This document shows, piece by piece, positions 38,340 through 51,593 of a stretch of 64,000 nt of DNA. The translations under genes were made by a program, and so were the position numbers. The stretch's first letter is position 1, and each line of letters opens with the position of its first letter. Source of the stretch: Mustelus asterias (Eukaryota); NCBI RefSeq assembly GCF_964213995.1, contig NC_135809.1, positions 20,770,001 to 20,834,000 on the forward strand. The letters run 5' to 3'. Below the pieces are notes generated by a model that was given only the letters and a program-made list of their open reading frames with translations, made no database searches and had not been told where the DNA came from.

Positions 38340-39260
38340 GCTCTCATCTTTCAACGGAAGATGATGGTGCTGTCAATCACGCCAATGACTGCAGACTGGT
38401 CAAGAAGGATGAGGGGTGGTTGGAAGGATATGGACAGGAGGCTGCAGATTTGGGAAAAGTTACACCTTCCAAGATTTTGGAGGGGAAAGAGAAAGTGGTG
38501 ATGGGGTGGTAGCTTGCAAGGGCAGAGGTGTCAAAGGTGGGTATTTTAATGGGCGGCACAGTGGCACAGTGGTTAGCACTGTTGCCTCAAAGCGCCAGGG
38601 ACCCAGGTTCAATTCCGGCCTTGGGTAACTGCCTGAGTGGAATTTGCACGTGCCTCCCATGTCTGCATGGCTTTCTTTCGAGTGCTCCAGTTGCCTCCCA
38701 CACTCCAAAGATGTGCGGGTTAGGTTGATTGGCCATGCTAAGTTGACCCTCGTGTCGGGGGGATTAGCAGGGTAAATGTGTGGGGTTACGGGAATAGGGC
38801 CTGGGTGGAATGTGGTCAGTACAGACTCGATGGGCTGAATGGCCTCCTTTTGTACTGTAGGGACTCTATGATTTGAGGAGAGAGTCAGACCTCACGGGGA
38901 GAGGAGCAGTACCTGAGAGGGAACCATTTAAAATCTTAGCTAACATGGAGGCCAAGAAGCGGAGATAGGTGGTCAACTCATTGATGAGAATAGGGTCAAG
39001 AGAACCGAAGATGGATGTCATTGACATAAAAAGGGCATAAGGAGAAACTAGAGAAAGATGTAGCTTCAGGGCTGAGGTAGGGGATGTGGCCTAGGGTGGG
39101 ACGGGGTGGTTTAGTGAAAGGGACATAGCAAAGGCAGCTTGTCAGATGGTCTGAATTTTAGTGATACAGGGATCCATGGGCTCCTCTGGTTGGAAGTGAC
39201 AGTGCAGGTGAAAGGCAGAGAGTTTTAAGAGAACAGTTTATATTGGCGAAGGAAATTCTG
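38340..39260 (-). mobile_element. Old L2-like LINE fragment, interrupted by a SINE
   Basis: Degenerate minus-strand peptide IKIPTFDTSALASYHPITTFSFPSKILE resembles L2 KKP.LD...L.NYRPISNLPFLSKILE. Confidence 0.6.
38551..38872 (+). mobile_element. HE1-like V-SINE, CR1-type tail
   Basis: Full-length copy. Confidence 0.92.
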
Positions 39261-39354
39261 CGACCTTTACATTTCAGGATGAGCCAATAGCGAGCAGTTT
39301 TGCAGCGATCAGAATGTGATGGCACCCCAATATGTCTATTTGTTTACTTAAATA

Positions 39355-39673
39355 TGGTGGCACGATGGCACAGTGGTTAGCACTGCTGCCCCACGGTGCC
39401 AGGGACCCGGGTTCAGTTCCGGACTCGGGTGACTGTCTGTATGGAGTATGCACATTCTCTCCATGTCTGTGTGGGTTTCCTCCGGGTGCTCCTCTCACAG
39501 TCCAAAAATGTGCCGGTTTGGTTGATTGGCCATGCTAAATTGCCCCTTAGTGTCAGGGGGATTAGAGGGGTAAATGCAAAGGGTTATGGGGACAGGGCCT
39601 GGGTGGGATTGTTGTCGGTGTACGCTCGATGGGCCGAATGGCCTCCTTCTGAACTGTAGCGATTCTATGTTCT
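39355..39673 (+). mobile_element. HE1-like V-SINE, CR1-type tail
   Basis: Full-length copy. Confidence 0.92.
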
Positions 39674-40097
39674 AAATAGCTATTTAAAGAGTCATTTTAA
39701 TCCATGAATTAACACGAGTTTTTAAAAGTTTATTATATATGCACATAATTTAATTAAAAGCAGAGCAGCATCTGCATAGTACTTGCATAATCCAGTTTAA
39801 AGAGATTAGTCTGGTAAATATTAAGATGATCCCAAGTCACTCAGTAGATATTGTTTAGCACTATTCTACCTTCTTGTCCGAGAATGGTAAATTTCTCTTT
39901 CATGTCCAGAATTGTTAACTTTCTCTTTCATTCATTCATCCATTCATTCATTCTTTCAACGTGCTACTTCGCAGTGCTGACTGGCACTGCACAAAATACC
40001 CGTACAGATTAAAAGGCATTAGGAGAAAAGGGAAATCTCTGTTTACCTTTCTATATTGCTGCAACTACAGGAAATCTCTTTTCGGTTTTCCTTCCAG

Positions 40098-40153
40098 ATT
40101 ACTGAAAATCATTTGCAAGCAGAGCAAGAAAGAATCCCTTTGGGTGCTTCGAG
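40098..40153 (+). other. Candidate 56-nt exon of an unknown transcript
   Basis: Polypyrimidine acceptor TCTCTTTTCGGTTTTCCTTCCAG and donor GAG/GTAAAA; no homology recognised. Confidence 0.25.
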
Positions 40154-41304
40154 GTAAAAGCACATTCTACACTGGTTAGGTGATACATTCATTATACTTG
40201 GCAGGCATGATTAGATTTCCTACATGATAAAGCATTTGCCTTCATTCAACTGGTAAGTTAAAAAGGTGTTATTTAATACTGTTTTCCTTGAGGAAAAAAC
40301 TGCACCACACCCCGCTGAACATATTTCCCTTCTCAAAATGAGTTTTTAAACCCGGGAAACACTTTCACATAATACGGGGGATAATCAGCAACACAAGGCT
40401 CAGGCTGATAGTGCCAGTGCATAAGCCATAAGTCTGTATCAAGAGTCAACGGTCACATAAAGAGAAGGCAACTGCATGTGGTGACTTGTTGCTGATAAAA
40501 GATTGGGTATAAGATCTAAAACCTAACCGTGGCAGAATTCCCTCATTAGCAATATCTTCTCCTTGAGTTCCTTGCCTGAAGGCAGAACCTTCGTGATTAC
40601 TTGCCAAACCGCAGCAAAGTGCTGTGATTTTTTTTTTACTATGGGTCGGGGGATCAGCCTGAGTCTACCTCATCCAGAACAGGAGATTGAACCCCGTGCT
40701 GTTTATTAATCTGATCCACATGCCAACTGTCTGGCCAACGGAGCGAACCAGCCCCCATTAACGATATATTTGTACGAAAATTGCAAACGTGTTCCGTAAT
40801 TGTTTAATATCAAAACTGGGATTCGACCAGTTAAAATTATATAAAATAAAATCGACATGACTCAGAACAACAATCAGCCCTTTTTGGCAATTCTGTACTG
40901 TTGAGGTTGAATGCGAATACTTTCATCTCCACACAATAATTTGTTCTTTTTTTCTACTAATTTTAGATGGAACCCTTCCATCTGCAGTTCTGATTTTCTT
41001 CAAGAAATAGAACTCATTGATGATCAGACTGATGGCCCTACGAAAATTAGAAAATCTCATTGTTGCAAAAATCCTTATTTGAAGTGGACATAAGAGCATG
41101 TCATAAATTAATGGAACATGGAGGGTGATTTGTACCCGCTCGGGTGGAAACACTGCAGCAAAAATTGCATTAATTATCTGCCCCAGAGCTGCCGAAAGGC
41201 GAACAAATTGCAGGCTTTACCTGCCCAACAGACAAGCTGCAAAGACAGTTACCCAAAGATGACCTATTCCTTTTACATAGATGCATGTCGGGTCCTGATT
41301 ATAT

Positions 41305-41616
41305 TTTAAGTTTAAGTTTATTTTTAGTGTCACAACTAGGCTTACATTAACACTGCGATGAAGTTACTGTGAAAATCCCCCAGTTGCCACACTCCACGGC
41401 CTGTTCAGGTACACTGAGGGAGAATTTAGCACGGCCAATGCACCTAAACAGCACATCTTTCAGACTGTGGAAGGAAACCGGAGCATCTGGAGGAAACCCA
41501 CGCAGGCACAGGGAGAACGTGCAGACTGCACAGACAGTGACCCAAGACAGGAATTGAACCCGGGTCCCTGGCGCTGTAAGACAGCAGTACTAACCACTGT
41601 GCCACCGTGCCCGCCC
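41305..41616 (-). mobile_element. HE1-like V-SINE, type 2 tail
   Basis: Full-length copy. Confidence 0.9.
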
Positions 41617-42227
41617 TGTTACCAGGGCTGATCTTCAAATTCAACTTGGCAGGCCAAGTGGGAAGTTTTAGCAAATTGCCTGTCAGGTTAAAAGGCGAAG
41701 CAGATTGGGAGAAGCCCAGAAGGGTAAATTGAATTTTTTTTTTATTAAATAGTTTCCCTTGTGTGTGGCAGAGCGGGAGTGCCCCTCAAGGTCCCTCGAG
41801 GAAAGGTTTGGCCTCCAGTGCTTTAGGTTCTCACCTCCCTTTACGATCGGGTAAGCCTCGCAGATTGGTCCACACATCTCTGATCCCACTCCTGCCAGGT
41901 AGCCACTAATTTTCTAATCCTTTCCACCTGGAGAGGTTTGCAAAATCAGCTGGTGGGAGTGAAATGAAGCGGAATGTTAAAATACACCAAATCTCACTCT
42001 AAATCCCACTCAAATGCGACCCAGACTTAAAAGCAGGACCTACCCTATACATGTTTTAAGACACCTCAATCGTAATTTAAGAAATATCGATTGATGAAAT
42101 AGTGCCAATTTTCCAAAGGAGAAAATAAACCGTAGAATCAGTTCGACTGAAGGGAGGCATCCCAAACATTCTGTCATTCCTTGGAAATACTGATCCATAA
42201 AGACGACAATCTTGGCTTTATTTTTAG

Positions 42228-42290
42228 CCCAAACGACGTCACGTCACAGCTGTGAATCAGGATCCAGTTTTAAACTGTATGATACATTCG
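42228..42290 (+). other. Candidate 63-nt exon
   Basis: Acceptor CTTTATTTTTAG and consensus donor CG/GTGAGT; two frames are open. Confidence 0.25.
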
Positions 42291-42979
42291 GTGAGTTAAC
42301 AGTGAGACACACTGCATTAATCACTGTGGCCACATATATCATGCAGCACAAATGGAACAGATTGGAACACAAGGATACACTTGTGAGCCCAGTGTCAGCT
42401 CATTAACCAGCTCACCTCATCTGCAGTCCTGCATACTCTCTAAAATGGCAACAACCAATTAGCTCAAAATATTAATATACAAATACAAACCAACTCCCTG
42501 GCAACATTCTTTGGAGGTCAAGTGGGAAGACTGATAAATTTGAATGACTTTTGATAGCAAGGCCAACACGGAATTAGACCAATTTCTTTTAAATTATTAG
42601 CATTGCTGCCTCCGTCTGTTTTTTTTTCACAACGGTCGATCTAAAATCAGAATTTTATAATAGAAAATTATTACTTTTATTACAATATTAAAGCAATTTC
42701 ACAGCTATCTTAGCAAGAGGCCATTAACTTATGAATACTAATAAGACCTCAGTGCTGATGTGACAAGCTTTATGAATAAGGAAACCTAAGGAGTTAGTGA
42801 AGCAGTATTTTTTCGCTAGTGGCATTTTGGTATAAATTTGTTCCATTTATCAGTATTTGCAGTACATAAACTCGGGATCATTTTTATTCCCCTAATTTGT
42901 TGGAGCTTATTTTCCGTTTTAATTTAAAAATTCAAATGAATTGTTGCAACTCAAAATAAATTCCATCATTCCCTGTTAC

Positions 42980-43230
42980 CATGGTGACATATATTTTGAT
43001 AAATCCAAGCTAAACCAGGTCGGCAGCTGTTCTTCAAATCCTTGGATTCCACTCGTATGCAACACTGCCCGGCGATTTGATGAAGTGATGCACTGAATGT
43101 GCAGGGAGCGTTTGAATAATACGTTATTCAATAATAGGTTGTCCGGTCCGCTGGAACGCCGCAACTCTGTGACCTGGATTTTAAATTCAATGCTTGTAGG
43201 CTGTACACCTTCAACTGCCTGATGGATAAT
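42980..43230 (-). other. Candidate 251-nt coding exon
   Basis: Acceptor CTGATTTCACTTCAG, donor TG/GTAACA, one open frame (IIHQAVEG...WFSLDLSKYMSPW), locally CpG-rich; product not recognised. Confidence 0.25.
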
Positions 43231-43391
43231 CTGAAGTGAAATCAGTTTGGCAAATGCCAATTCAATGCAGAATTCAGAACCACTTCCCAGCTTCCACAGG
43301 AGAAAATGAGACGGAGAACTTTGGTATATCGCTAGCTGGAGTTAAATAAGCAAATCACAATAAAAGCCAGCTGGCATGACTTCTTCAAACT

Positions 43392-45158
43392 ATAGAACAA
43401 AGAACAGTACAGCACAGGAAACAGGCCCTTCGGCCCTCCAAGCCTGTGCCGCTCCTTGGTCCAACTAGACCAATCGTTTGTATCCCTCCATTCCCAGGCT
43501 GCTCATGTGACTATCCAGGTAAGTCTTAAACAATGTCAGCGTGCCTGCCTCCACCACCCTACTTGGCAGCGCATTCCAGGCCCCCACCACCCTCTGTGTA
43601 AAAAACATCCCTCTAATATCTGAGTTATACGTCGCCCCTCTCACCTTGAGCCCGTGACCCCTCGTGAACGTCACTTCTGATCTGGGAAAAAGCTTCCCAC
43701 CGTTCACCCTATCTATCCCCTTCATAATCTTGTACACCTCTATTAGATCTCCCCTCATTCTCCGTCTTTCCAGGGAGAACAACCCCAGTTTACCCAATCT
43801 CTCCTCATAGCTAAGACCCTCCATACCAGGCAATATCCTGGTAAACCTTCTCTGCACTCTCTCTAACGCCTCCACGTCCTTCTGGTAGTGCGGCGACCAG
43901 AACTGGACGCAGTACTCCAAATGTGGCCTAACCAGCATTCTATACAGCTGCATCATCAGACTCCAGCTTTTATACTCTATACCCCGTCCTATAAAGGCAA
44001 GCATACCATATGCCTTCTTCACCACCTTCTCCACCTGTTTTGCCACCTTCAAGGATTTGTGGACTTGCACACCTAGGTCCCTTTGTGTTTCTATACTCCT
44101 GATGACTCTGCCATTTATTGGATAAATCCTCCCTACATTATTTCTTCCAAAATGCATCACTTCGCATTTATCCGGATTAAACTCCATCTACCACCTCTCC
44201 GCCCAATTTTCCAGCCTATCTATATCCTGCTGTATTGCCCGACAATGCTCTTCACTATCCGCAAGTCCAGCCATCTTCGTGTCATCCGCAAACTTGCTGA
44301 TTACACCAGTTACACCTTCTTCCAAATCATTTATATATATCACAAATAGCAGAGGTCCTAGTACAGAGCCCTGCGGAACACCACTGGTCACAGACCTCCA
44401 GCCGGAAAAAGACCCTTCGACCACTACCCTCTGTCTCCTATGGCCAAGCCAGTTCTCCACCCATCTAGCCACTTCTCCTTGTATCCCACGAGCCTTAACC
44501 TTCTCAACCAACCTGCCATGTGGGACTTTGTCAAATGCCTTACTGAAATCCATATAGGCGACATCCACGGCCCTTCCTTCATCAACCGTTTTTGTCACTT
44601 CCTCAAAAAACTCCACCAAATTTGTAAGGCACGACCTCCCTCTTACAAAACCATGCTGTCTGTCACTAATGAGATTGTTCCGTTCTAAATGCACATACAT
44701 CCTGCCTCTAAGAATCCTCTCCAACAACTTCCCTACCACGGACGTCAAGCTCACCGGCCTATAATTTCCTGGGTTATCCCTGCTACCCTTCTTAAACAAC
44801 GGGATCACATTCGCTATCCTCCAATCCTCAGGGACCTCACCCGTGTCCAAAGAAGCGACAAAGATTTCAGTCAGAGGCCCAGCAATTTCATCTCTCGTCT
44901 CCCTGAGCAGTCGAGGATAGATGCCATCAGGCCCTGGGGCTTTGTCAGTTTTAATGTTCCCTAAAAAACCTAATACTTCCTCTCTTGTAATGGAGATTTT
45001 CTCTAACGGGTCAACACCTCCCTCCGAGACACTCCCGGTTAACACGCCCCTCTCCTTCATGAATACCGATGCAAAGTATTCATTTAGGATCTCCCCTATT
45101 CCCTTGGGGGAAGCATAATTCCCCTCCTTTGTCTCTGAGAGGTCCGATTTTCTCCCTA
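43392..45158 (-). mobile_element. CR1 LINE, 5'-truncated, RT with a single in-frame stop
   Basis: ORFs 44188-45255 and 43465-44187 are in the same frame, separated by TAG where other copies have Q (WQMEF). Confidence 0.95.
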
Positions 45159-45558
45159 TAGGTTCGAATATATCTGGGTCAACAAGTTGTGAACTAAACC
45201 AAGTCAAATCCTGATCCCATTGTAGAAATACTGGGTTGCATTGACTAGTGACCAAAGACTTAGAACAATAAAGGTTTATTGATAGCTCAGAGTAGCTCCT
45301 ACATGTTACGTGTCTGCCCGCAGTGTACCCGATGGCTGCCGGACTTGCATCATTTCCATTGGTGTAATGCGAGGGGCCTGCTAGCTGGATGCCTGGGGTA
45401 CTGTGGTGTTTGATGGGACTGGTTCTGGAACCAGCCGTGGGTGATGCAGGTGTCGTACGTCATGGGCATCGTCCAACATAGCTGTTTGGCTGAGGGACAT
45501 GGCAGTGTACCACAGCCAGTTTGCCGTGGCCATCTGTGCTCTGGATCCTGACCATTTA

Positions 45559-45616
45559 AGAAGTTTAACAACACCAGGTTAAAGTCCAACAGGTTTATTT
45601 GGTAGCAAAAGCCACA
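45559..45616. mobile_element. Single-arm family B insertion inside Gypsy
   Basis: AGAAGTTTAACAACACCAGG...AGCCACA with TSD CTGACCATTTA at 45548-45558 and 45617-45627. Confidence 0.85.
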
Positions 45617-46897
45617 CTGACCATTTAGCCAGGTGTCAAAGAGGAGAGGTTGTAAACATTTTGATCATTGTACTTTTCTCTCCTTAGTCTGTGCTCCATA
45701 ACGGCACCACTCACATTGGTTTGGACATTTGGGTTGCAAGAGGACCTTGTGGCAATGTGGATTGTGCTCCTGGTGCGCCTGGAGAATGTTTGCAGCACTG
45801 ACAAGGGCAGACCCTGTCTGGGCACATTTAGCAGGCTGAGGAGTGTAGCATAGAAATCTGTGTGATCTCGGGCACATTTCCTCAGGAGATGCTTGGCCCG
45901 TTCCGTCAAGCCATTGGATTGTGGGTATAGGGGACTACTCGTGATATGCTCAAAGTCCCATGTGTGGGCAAAATTCCTGAACTCACTGGAGATTAACTGT
46001 CCGGCATTGTCCATCATTATCCTCTGAAGAATGACATGGGTGACGAAGTGTCTTGAGCTCGACTAATACTGTGTTGCTCTTCATATCTGGCAGCTTGTCC
46101 GAACCACATGCCGTATGAGTCAACTAGGATCAGCTTCTGTTTCCCAGTCCATTTGAAGATGTCAGCTGTTGTGTGACCATGGGGGATCCAGGACCTCATG
46201 TAGCTGGGTTGGCTCTTTGGCCTGATGCGGTTTGGGTGCAATGCATGTTATATACCTGGATGTTTCTCTCTCCGTGTCTGCATATATCGAGGGCCAGTTT
46301 AGTGATTCCTTTGGCCTGTATCTGGTTGCTTCCAACCCTGGGTGCCCTTGATGGAGTTGCTGTGTAGAATAGCTCTGCAGAGAGGTGAGGATGAACATTC
46401 GCTGGCCATGCAGTGTCAGTCCATCTTGTATGGTTAGTTCATCTCCGACAGTGAAGAGAATGCAGAGTTCACGGAGAAGCTCCCTTGATGATTGGGCCAG
46501 CTTTTCATGATGACGTCATGAATCTGTCTGCATGTTATATCCGCCTGTAGGATGTCCCCAAGTTCCTGGATTCGACAAGAGGGAAGCACCTCGGTAGTCA
46601 TGATGTCAGTGTCCTCCTCACAATGTGCTTGGTCAGTAGAGGACAAGAAGGCTCTGGGAAGGGTATCACCCTGGCACAGCTCTTTGCTGCATCTGTAGAT
46701 GACATTGATGTTGTAACGTTGTGGCTTAAGCATCACGCACTGCAGCTGTGCAGATTTGGGAGAGGCTTTTTTAGAATAGTTATGAATGGCTGACGTTCAG
46801 TTTCAACACTTCGGGGATGACCATAAATATAGTCAATGAATTTCTGACAAGTGAAGACGGGCAAGGAGCACCTTCTCCACCTGTGCACAAGGAGGTT

Positions 46898-47083
46898 TAG
46901 TCCAAAGATCTGCAGGTTAGGCGGATTGGCCATGCTAAATTGCCCCTTAGTATCAGGGGAACTAGCTAGGGTAAATACATGGGGTTATGAGGATAGGGCC
47001 TGGTTGGCATTGTGCTCAGTGCAGACTCGATGGGCAAAATGGCCTCCTTCTGCACTGTAGGATACTATGATTCTATGATTCTA
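46898..47083 (+). mobile_element. HE1-like SINE 3' half inside Gypsy
   Basis: AGTCCAAAGAT...CTATGATTCTATGATTCT. Confidence 0.88.
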
Positions 47084-48929
47084 ATGAGGGCGCTTAATGC
47101 AAAGGTCTGCCATTCTGGATGCCAACTGTGCCAAGTCTGTGCTGAGAGGTGTCTGCTGATTGGAGTACAGATGCTCAAATGTATAAGTATTGTAGCACTG
47201 GAGAGGCTGAGAGTGCCCACTTGAGCTTGCTGAACACAACATTATGATGCTCTTGCCAACACAATCGACATCTTGGTGGAGGAGCTGATGAAGGGGGTCC
47301 ATTGACCTCGCTGTAGCAAGGAATGAACTTTGAAAGATCATTCATCACACCCAAGGAAATGCTGCAAAGCATGCTTGACCAGGAAAATGGACATCTGTCA
47401 TATAGCTGTTATCTTGCCCAGATCTGGCTTCACACCATCAGCTCTGATAAGTGACCCACATTGGAATCTGGTTGCCCCTGAATCTGCGTTTACCAGTTTG
47501 AGCTTTAATCGTATGGTCCTATTTCTGCCAAGGACTAAACAAAGACGTGCATTGTGTTTTTGCATAGTACGATCCCAAATCAGCATGTCATCGAGGTTGA
47601 TTTTGCTGGATTATCCTGCAAAGAGTTGCTCCAGGAACCCATGGAAAACCTCACTTCCAGTGAAGATCCCATAGGGCATGTGGAGATAATGGTATCTGCC
47701 ACCAGGAGGTCTGGTGAATTTCTAAGATTCTCCATCCAGCAGGATTTGCCAGAACCTGCATTTTGCATCCAAGATACTGAAAACCTTGGAATTGAACATG
47801 TTAGCTATAACCTGTTCCACTGTCTTCATAGGGTGATGAGGTCTGAGCAGCGCCTTCTTTAGGTGGACTGGGTCAATGCAAATCCGAACCATGCCACCTT
47901 TCTTTACTGAAGCCACCATTGCTGAAACCCACTCTGTACTCCCATCTAAGGGGGTCTTGCCCAGTTCATCGACCACCTTCTGCTTCACAGTTAGGGGTAC
48001 TCATTTTGGAACACAGATTATTGATGGTATAGAGTCAATCTAGCCTCATATGGTATATTACAGGCAGCTTACTAATGACGTTGCAGTTGAATAAGTTGAG
48101 TAAATAGGTGCATGAGCAATGTGAGGGAGCACTGCCTGAGTGAGACAGAGTCTGAATGAAGATATTTGGGAATTTGGATCAAAGTGGGAATTTAACTGGT
48201 TTTAAGTTGAGTAGCCTGGTTAAAAAGGTGGCTAACCTTTTTAACTGAGTAGACTGAGTGACTGAGTCGTGGCTAACTTTCAATCGTCTGAAAGCCCTTT
48301 CCTTGAATAAGGCTTCAATAGATGTTGATTAACAGGAAGCTAAACTCGAGAGTGATTCATCCCAGCTCTATATAAGAAAGGGATATATTTCAAAAACACG
48401 ATCAGCAAATGGACGCATGAACAGTGGAAGAGAGCACACTTTGAGTGAAACACAGTCTGAGTGAGTATATTTGAGAATTTGGAGCAAAGTGGAAATTCAG
48501 TGCAGAGGGGAAAGAGCTACTCTTTTGATTTTTGCCTTCTAATATTTTCACTCTTTAGAAAGTGGTCGAGCCCTGCTGCAGGAGTAGCTGTCAGTTTGAT
48601 GTGTATCTGATAAGTGTTTAAGGTTCATTCCATTCCTCAGGTTTAAAATAGTATCGGAACTGTTCTTTTGGAAGTTGAAAATATATAAAAAGCACCATAA
48701 ATAATTAAATCATTTAAATAAGTAATTGTTTGAAACACATTACAGATGGAAGGGCAGGTGATGTGTAAAGGTTGCAGAATGCAAGAGCTCCTGGATAACA
48801 TTGTAATCCAGGGCAAACACGCCTGCAGTAGGTGTTTGTAGCTTGAGGGATTTCGGCTCAGAGTCATCAAACTGAAGGCTGACCTACAGACACCGTGACA
48901 TGTCAGGGAGGTAGAGAGTTACCTGGATT

Positions 48930-49778
48930 TTTTAAAATTCATTCATGGGACATGGGCATCGCTGCCTGGCCAGCATTTATTGCCCATCCCTAGTTGCCCT
49001 GGAGAAGGTGGTGGTGAGCTGCCTTCTTGAATCGCTGCAGTCCAGGTTCTGTGGTTTGACCCACAATGCCGTTAGGAAGGGAATTCCAGGATTTTGACCC
49101 AGCGACTGCGAAGGAATGGTGATATATTTCCAAGTCAGGATGGTGAGTAACTTGGAGGAGAACTTGCAGGTGGTGGTGTTCTCATGTATCTGCTACCCTT
49201 GTCCTTCTGGATGGAAGTGGTCGTGGGTTTGGAAGGTGCTGTCTAAGGATCTTTGGTGAATTGCTGCAGTGCATCTTGTAGATAGTACACACTGCTGCTA
49301 CTGAGCGTCGGTGGTGGAGGGAGTGGATGTTTGTAGATGTGGTGCCAATCAAGCGGGGCTGCTTTGTCCTGGATGGTGTCAAGCTTCTTGGGTGTTGTTA
49401 GAGCTGCACCCATCCAGACAAGTGGAGAGTATTCCATCACACTCCTGACTTGTGCCTTGTAGATGGTGGATAGGCTTTGGGGAGTCAGAAGGTGAGTTCT
49501 CTCCGCAGTATTCCTAGCCTCTGACCTGCTCTTGTAGTCACTGTGTTTATGTGGTGAGTCCAGTTGAGTTTCTGGTCAATGGTAACTCCAAAGATGTTGA
49601 CAGTGGGGGATTTAATGATGGTTACACCACTGAATGTCAAGGGGTGGTGGTTAGAGTGTCTCTTATTCGCGATGGTCATTGCCTGGCATTTGTGTGGCAC
49701 GAATGCTGCTTGCCACTTGTCAACCCAAGCCTGGATATTGTCCAGATCTTGTTGCATTTGAACATGGATTGCTTCAGA
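48930..49778 (-). mobile_element. LINE family 2 3' portion (continues at 51596-51635)
   Basis: MQQDLDNIQAWVDKWQ...GVTIDQKLNW...GQRLGILRR; tail same as at 25240-25305. Confidence 0.9.
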
Positions 49779-49779
49779 T

Positions 49780-51593
49780 TGATTTTAAAAAAAAATATGT
49801 CAAGAGTAAAAGGATGAGATGTGAAGGCATAGGACCCTTAAAAGGTGAAGGGGGAAAAGTTTGTGCGGAACCGTTAGAAATGGCGGAGCTGCTTAATGAA
49901 TACTTTACCTCGGTATTCACGGTGGAAAGGGATCTGGGTGGTTGTACTGCTGGTTTGCGGTGGACAGAAAGGATCGAGCATGTGGACATAAAGAAAGAGG
50001 ATGTGTTGGAACTATTGAATGGCATCAAGGTTGGTAAGTCGCCGGGACCGGATGGGATGTACCCCAGGTTACTGTGGGAGGCGAGGGAGGAGATTGCGGA
50101 GCCTTTGGCGATGATCTTTGCATCGTCGATGGAGACGGGAGAGGTTCCGGAGGATTGGAGGATTGCAGATGTGGTCCCTATATTCAAGAAAGGGAACAGG
50201 GACAGCCCGGGAAATTACCGACCAGTGAGTCTAACCTCAGTGGTTGGTAAGTTGATGGAGAGGATCCTGAGAGACAGGATTTATGATCATCTAGAGAAGT
50301 TTAGTATGATCAAAAGTAGTCAGCACGGCTTTGTCAAGGGCAGGTCGTGCCTTACGAGCCTGGTTGAGTTCTTTGAAAATGTGACCAAACACATTGACGA
50401 AGGAAGAGCGGTGGATGTGGTCTATATGGACTTCAGCAAGGCGTTCGATAAGGTCCCCCATGCAAGACTTCTTGAGAAAGTGAGAGGGCATGGGATCCAA
50501 GGGGCTGTTGCCTTGTGGATCCAGAACTGGCTTGCCTGCAGAAGGCAGAGAGTGGCTGTGGAGGGGTCTTTCTCTGCATGGAGGTCAGTGACCAGTGGAG
50601 TGCCCCAGGGATCTGTTCTGGGACCCTTGCTGTTTGTCATTTTCATAAATGACCTGGATGAGGAAGTGGAGGGATGGGTTGGTAAGTTTGCTGACGACAC
50701 CAAGGTAGGTGGTGTTGTGGATAGTTTGGAGGGATGTCAGAAGTTGCAGCGAGACATAGATAGAATGCAAGACTGGGCGGAGAAGTGGCAGATGGACTTC
50801 AACCCAGATAAGTGTGTGGTGATCCATTTTGGCAGATCCAATGGGATGAAGCAGCAGTATAATATGAAGGGTACCATTCTTAGCAGTGTAGAGGATCAGA
50901 AGGACCTTGGGGTCCGGGTCCATAGGACTCTTAAATCGGCCTCGCAGGTGGAGGATGCGGTCAAGAAGGCGTACGGCGTACTGGCCTTCATTAATCGAGG
51001 GATTGAGTTTAGGAGTCGGGAGATAATGCTGCAGCTTTATAGGACCCTGGTTAGACCCCACTTGGAGTACTGCGCGCAGTTCTGGTCACCTCATTACAGG
51101 AAAGATGTTGAAGCCATTGAAAGGGTGCAGAGGAGATTTACAAGGATGTTGCCTGGATTGGGGGGCATGCCTATTGAGGATAGGTTGAGGGAGCTTGGTC
51201 TCTTCTCCCTGGAGAGACGAAGGATGAGAGGTGACCTGATAGAGGTTTACAAGATGTTGAGAGGTCTGGATAGGGTAGACTCTCAGAGGCTATTTCCAAG
51301 GGCTGAAATGGTTGCTACGAGAGGACACAGGTTTAAGCTGCTGCGGGGTAGGTACAGAGGAGATGTCAGGGGTAAGTTTTTCACTCAGAGGGTGGTGGGT
51401 GAGTGGAATCGGCTGACGTTGGTGGTGGTGGAGGCAAACTCGTTGGGGTCTTTTAAGAGACTTCTGGATGAGTACATGGGATTTAATGGGATTGAGGGCT
51501 ATAGATAGGCCTAGAGGTGGGGATGTGATCGGCGCAACTTGTGGGCCGAAGGGCCTGTTTGTGCTGTGGCTTTCTATGTTCTATGTTCTATGT
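49780..51593 (+). mobile_element. Young CR1 LINE, 5'-truncated, uninterrupted RT frame to stop at 51508
   Basis: 609-aa ORF with KSPGPDG, SGVPQGSVLGP and KFADD; (TTCTATG)3 tail; TTCAG at both junctions. Confidence 0.96.

Larger units (their letters stand above)
45218..48075 (-). mobile_element. Decayed Gypsy/Ty3 LTR retrotransposon (RT-RNaseH-integrase, part of 3' LTR)
   Basis: TEWVSAMV...VRICIDP...FSILDAKCRFWQI (RT); LHQGHPG and EHITSSPLYPQSNGLTERA (integrase); RT lies upstream of integrase. Confidence 0.88.
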
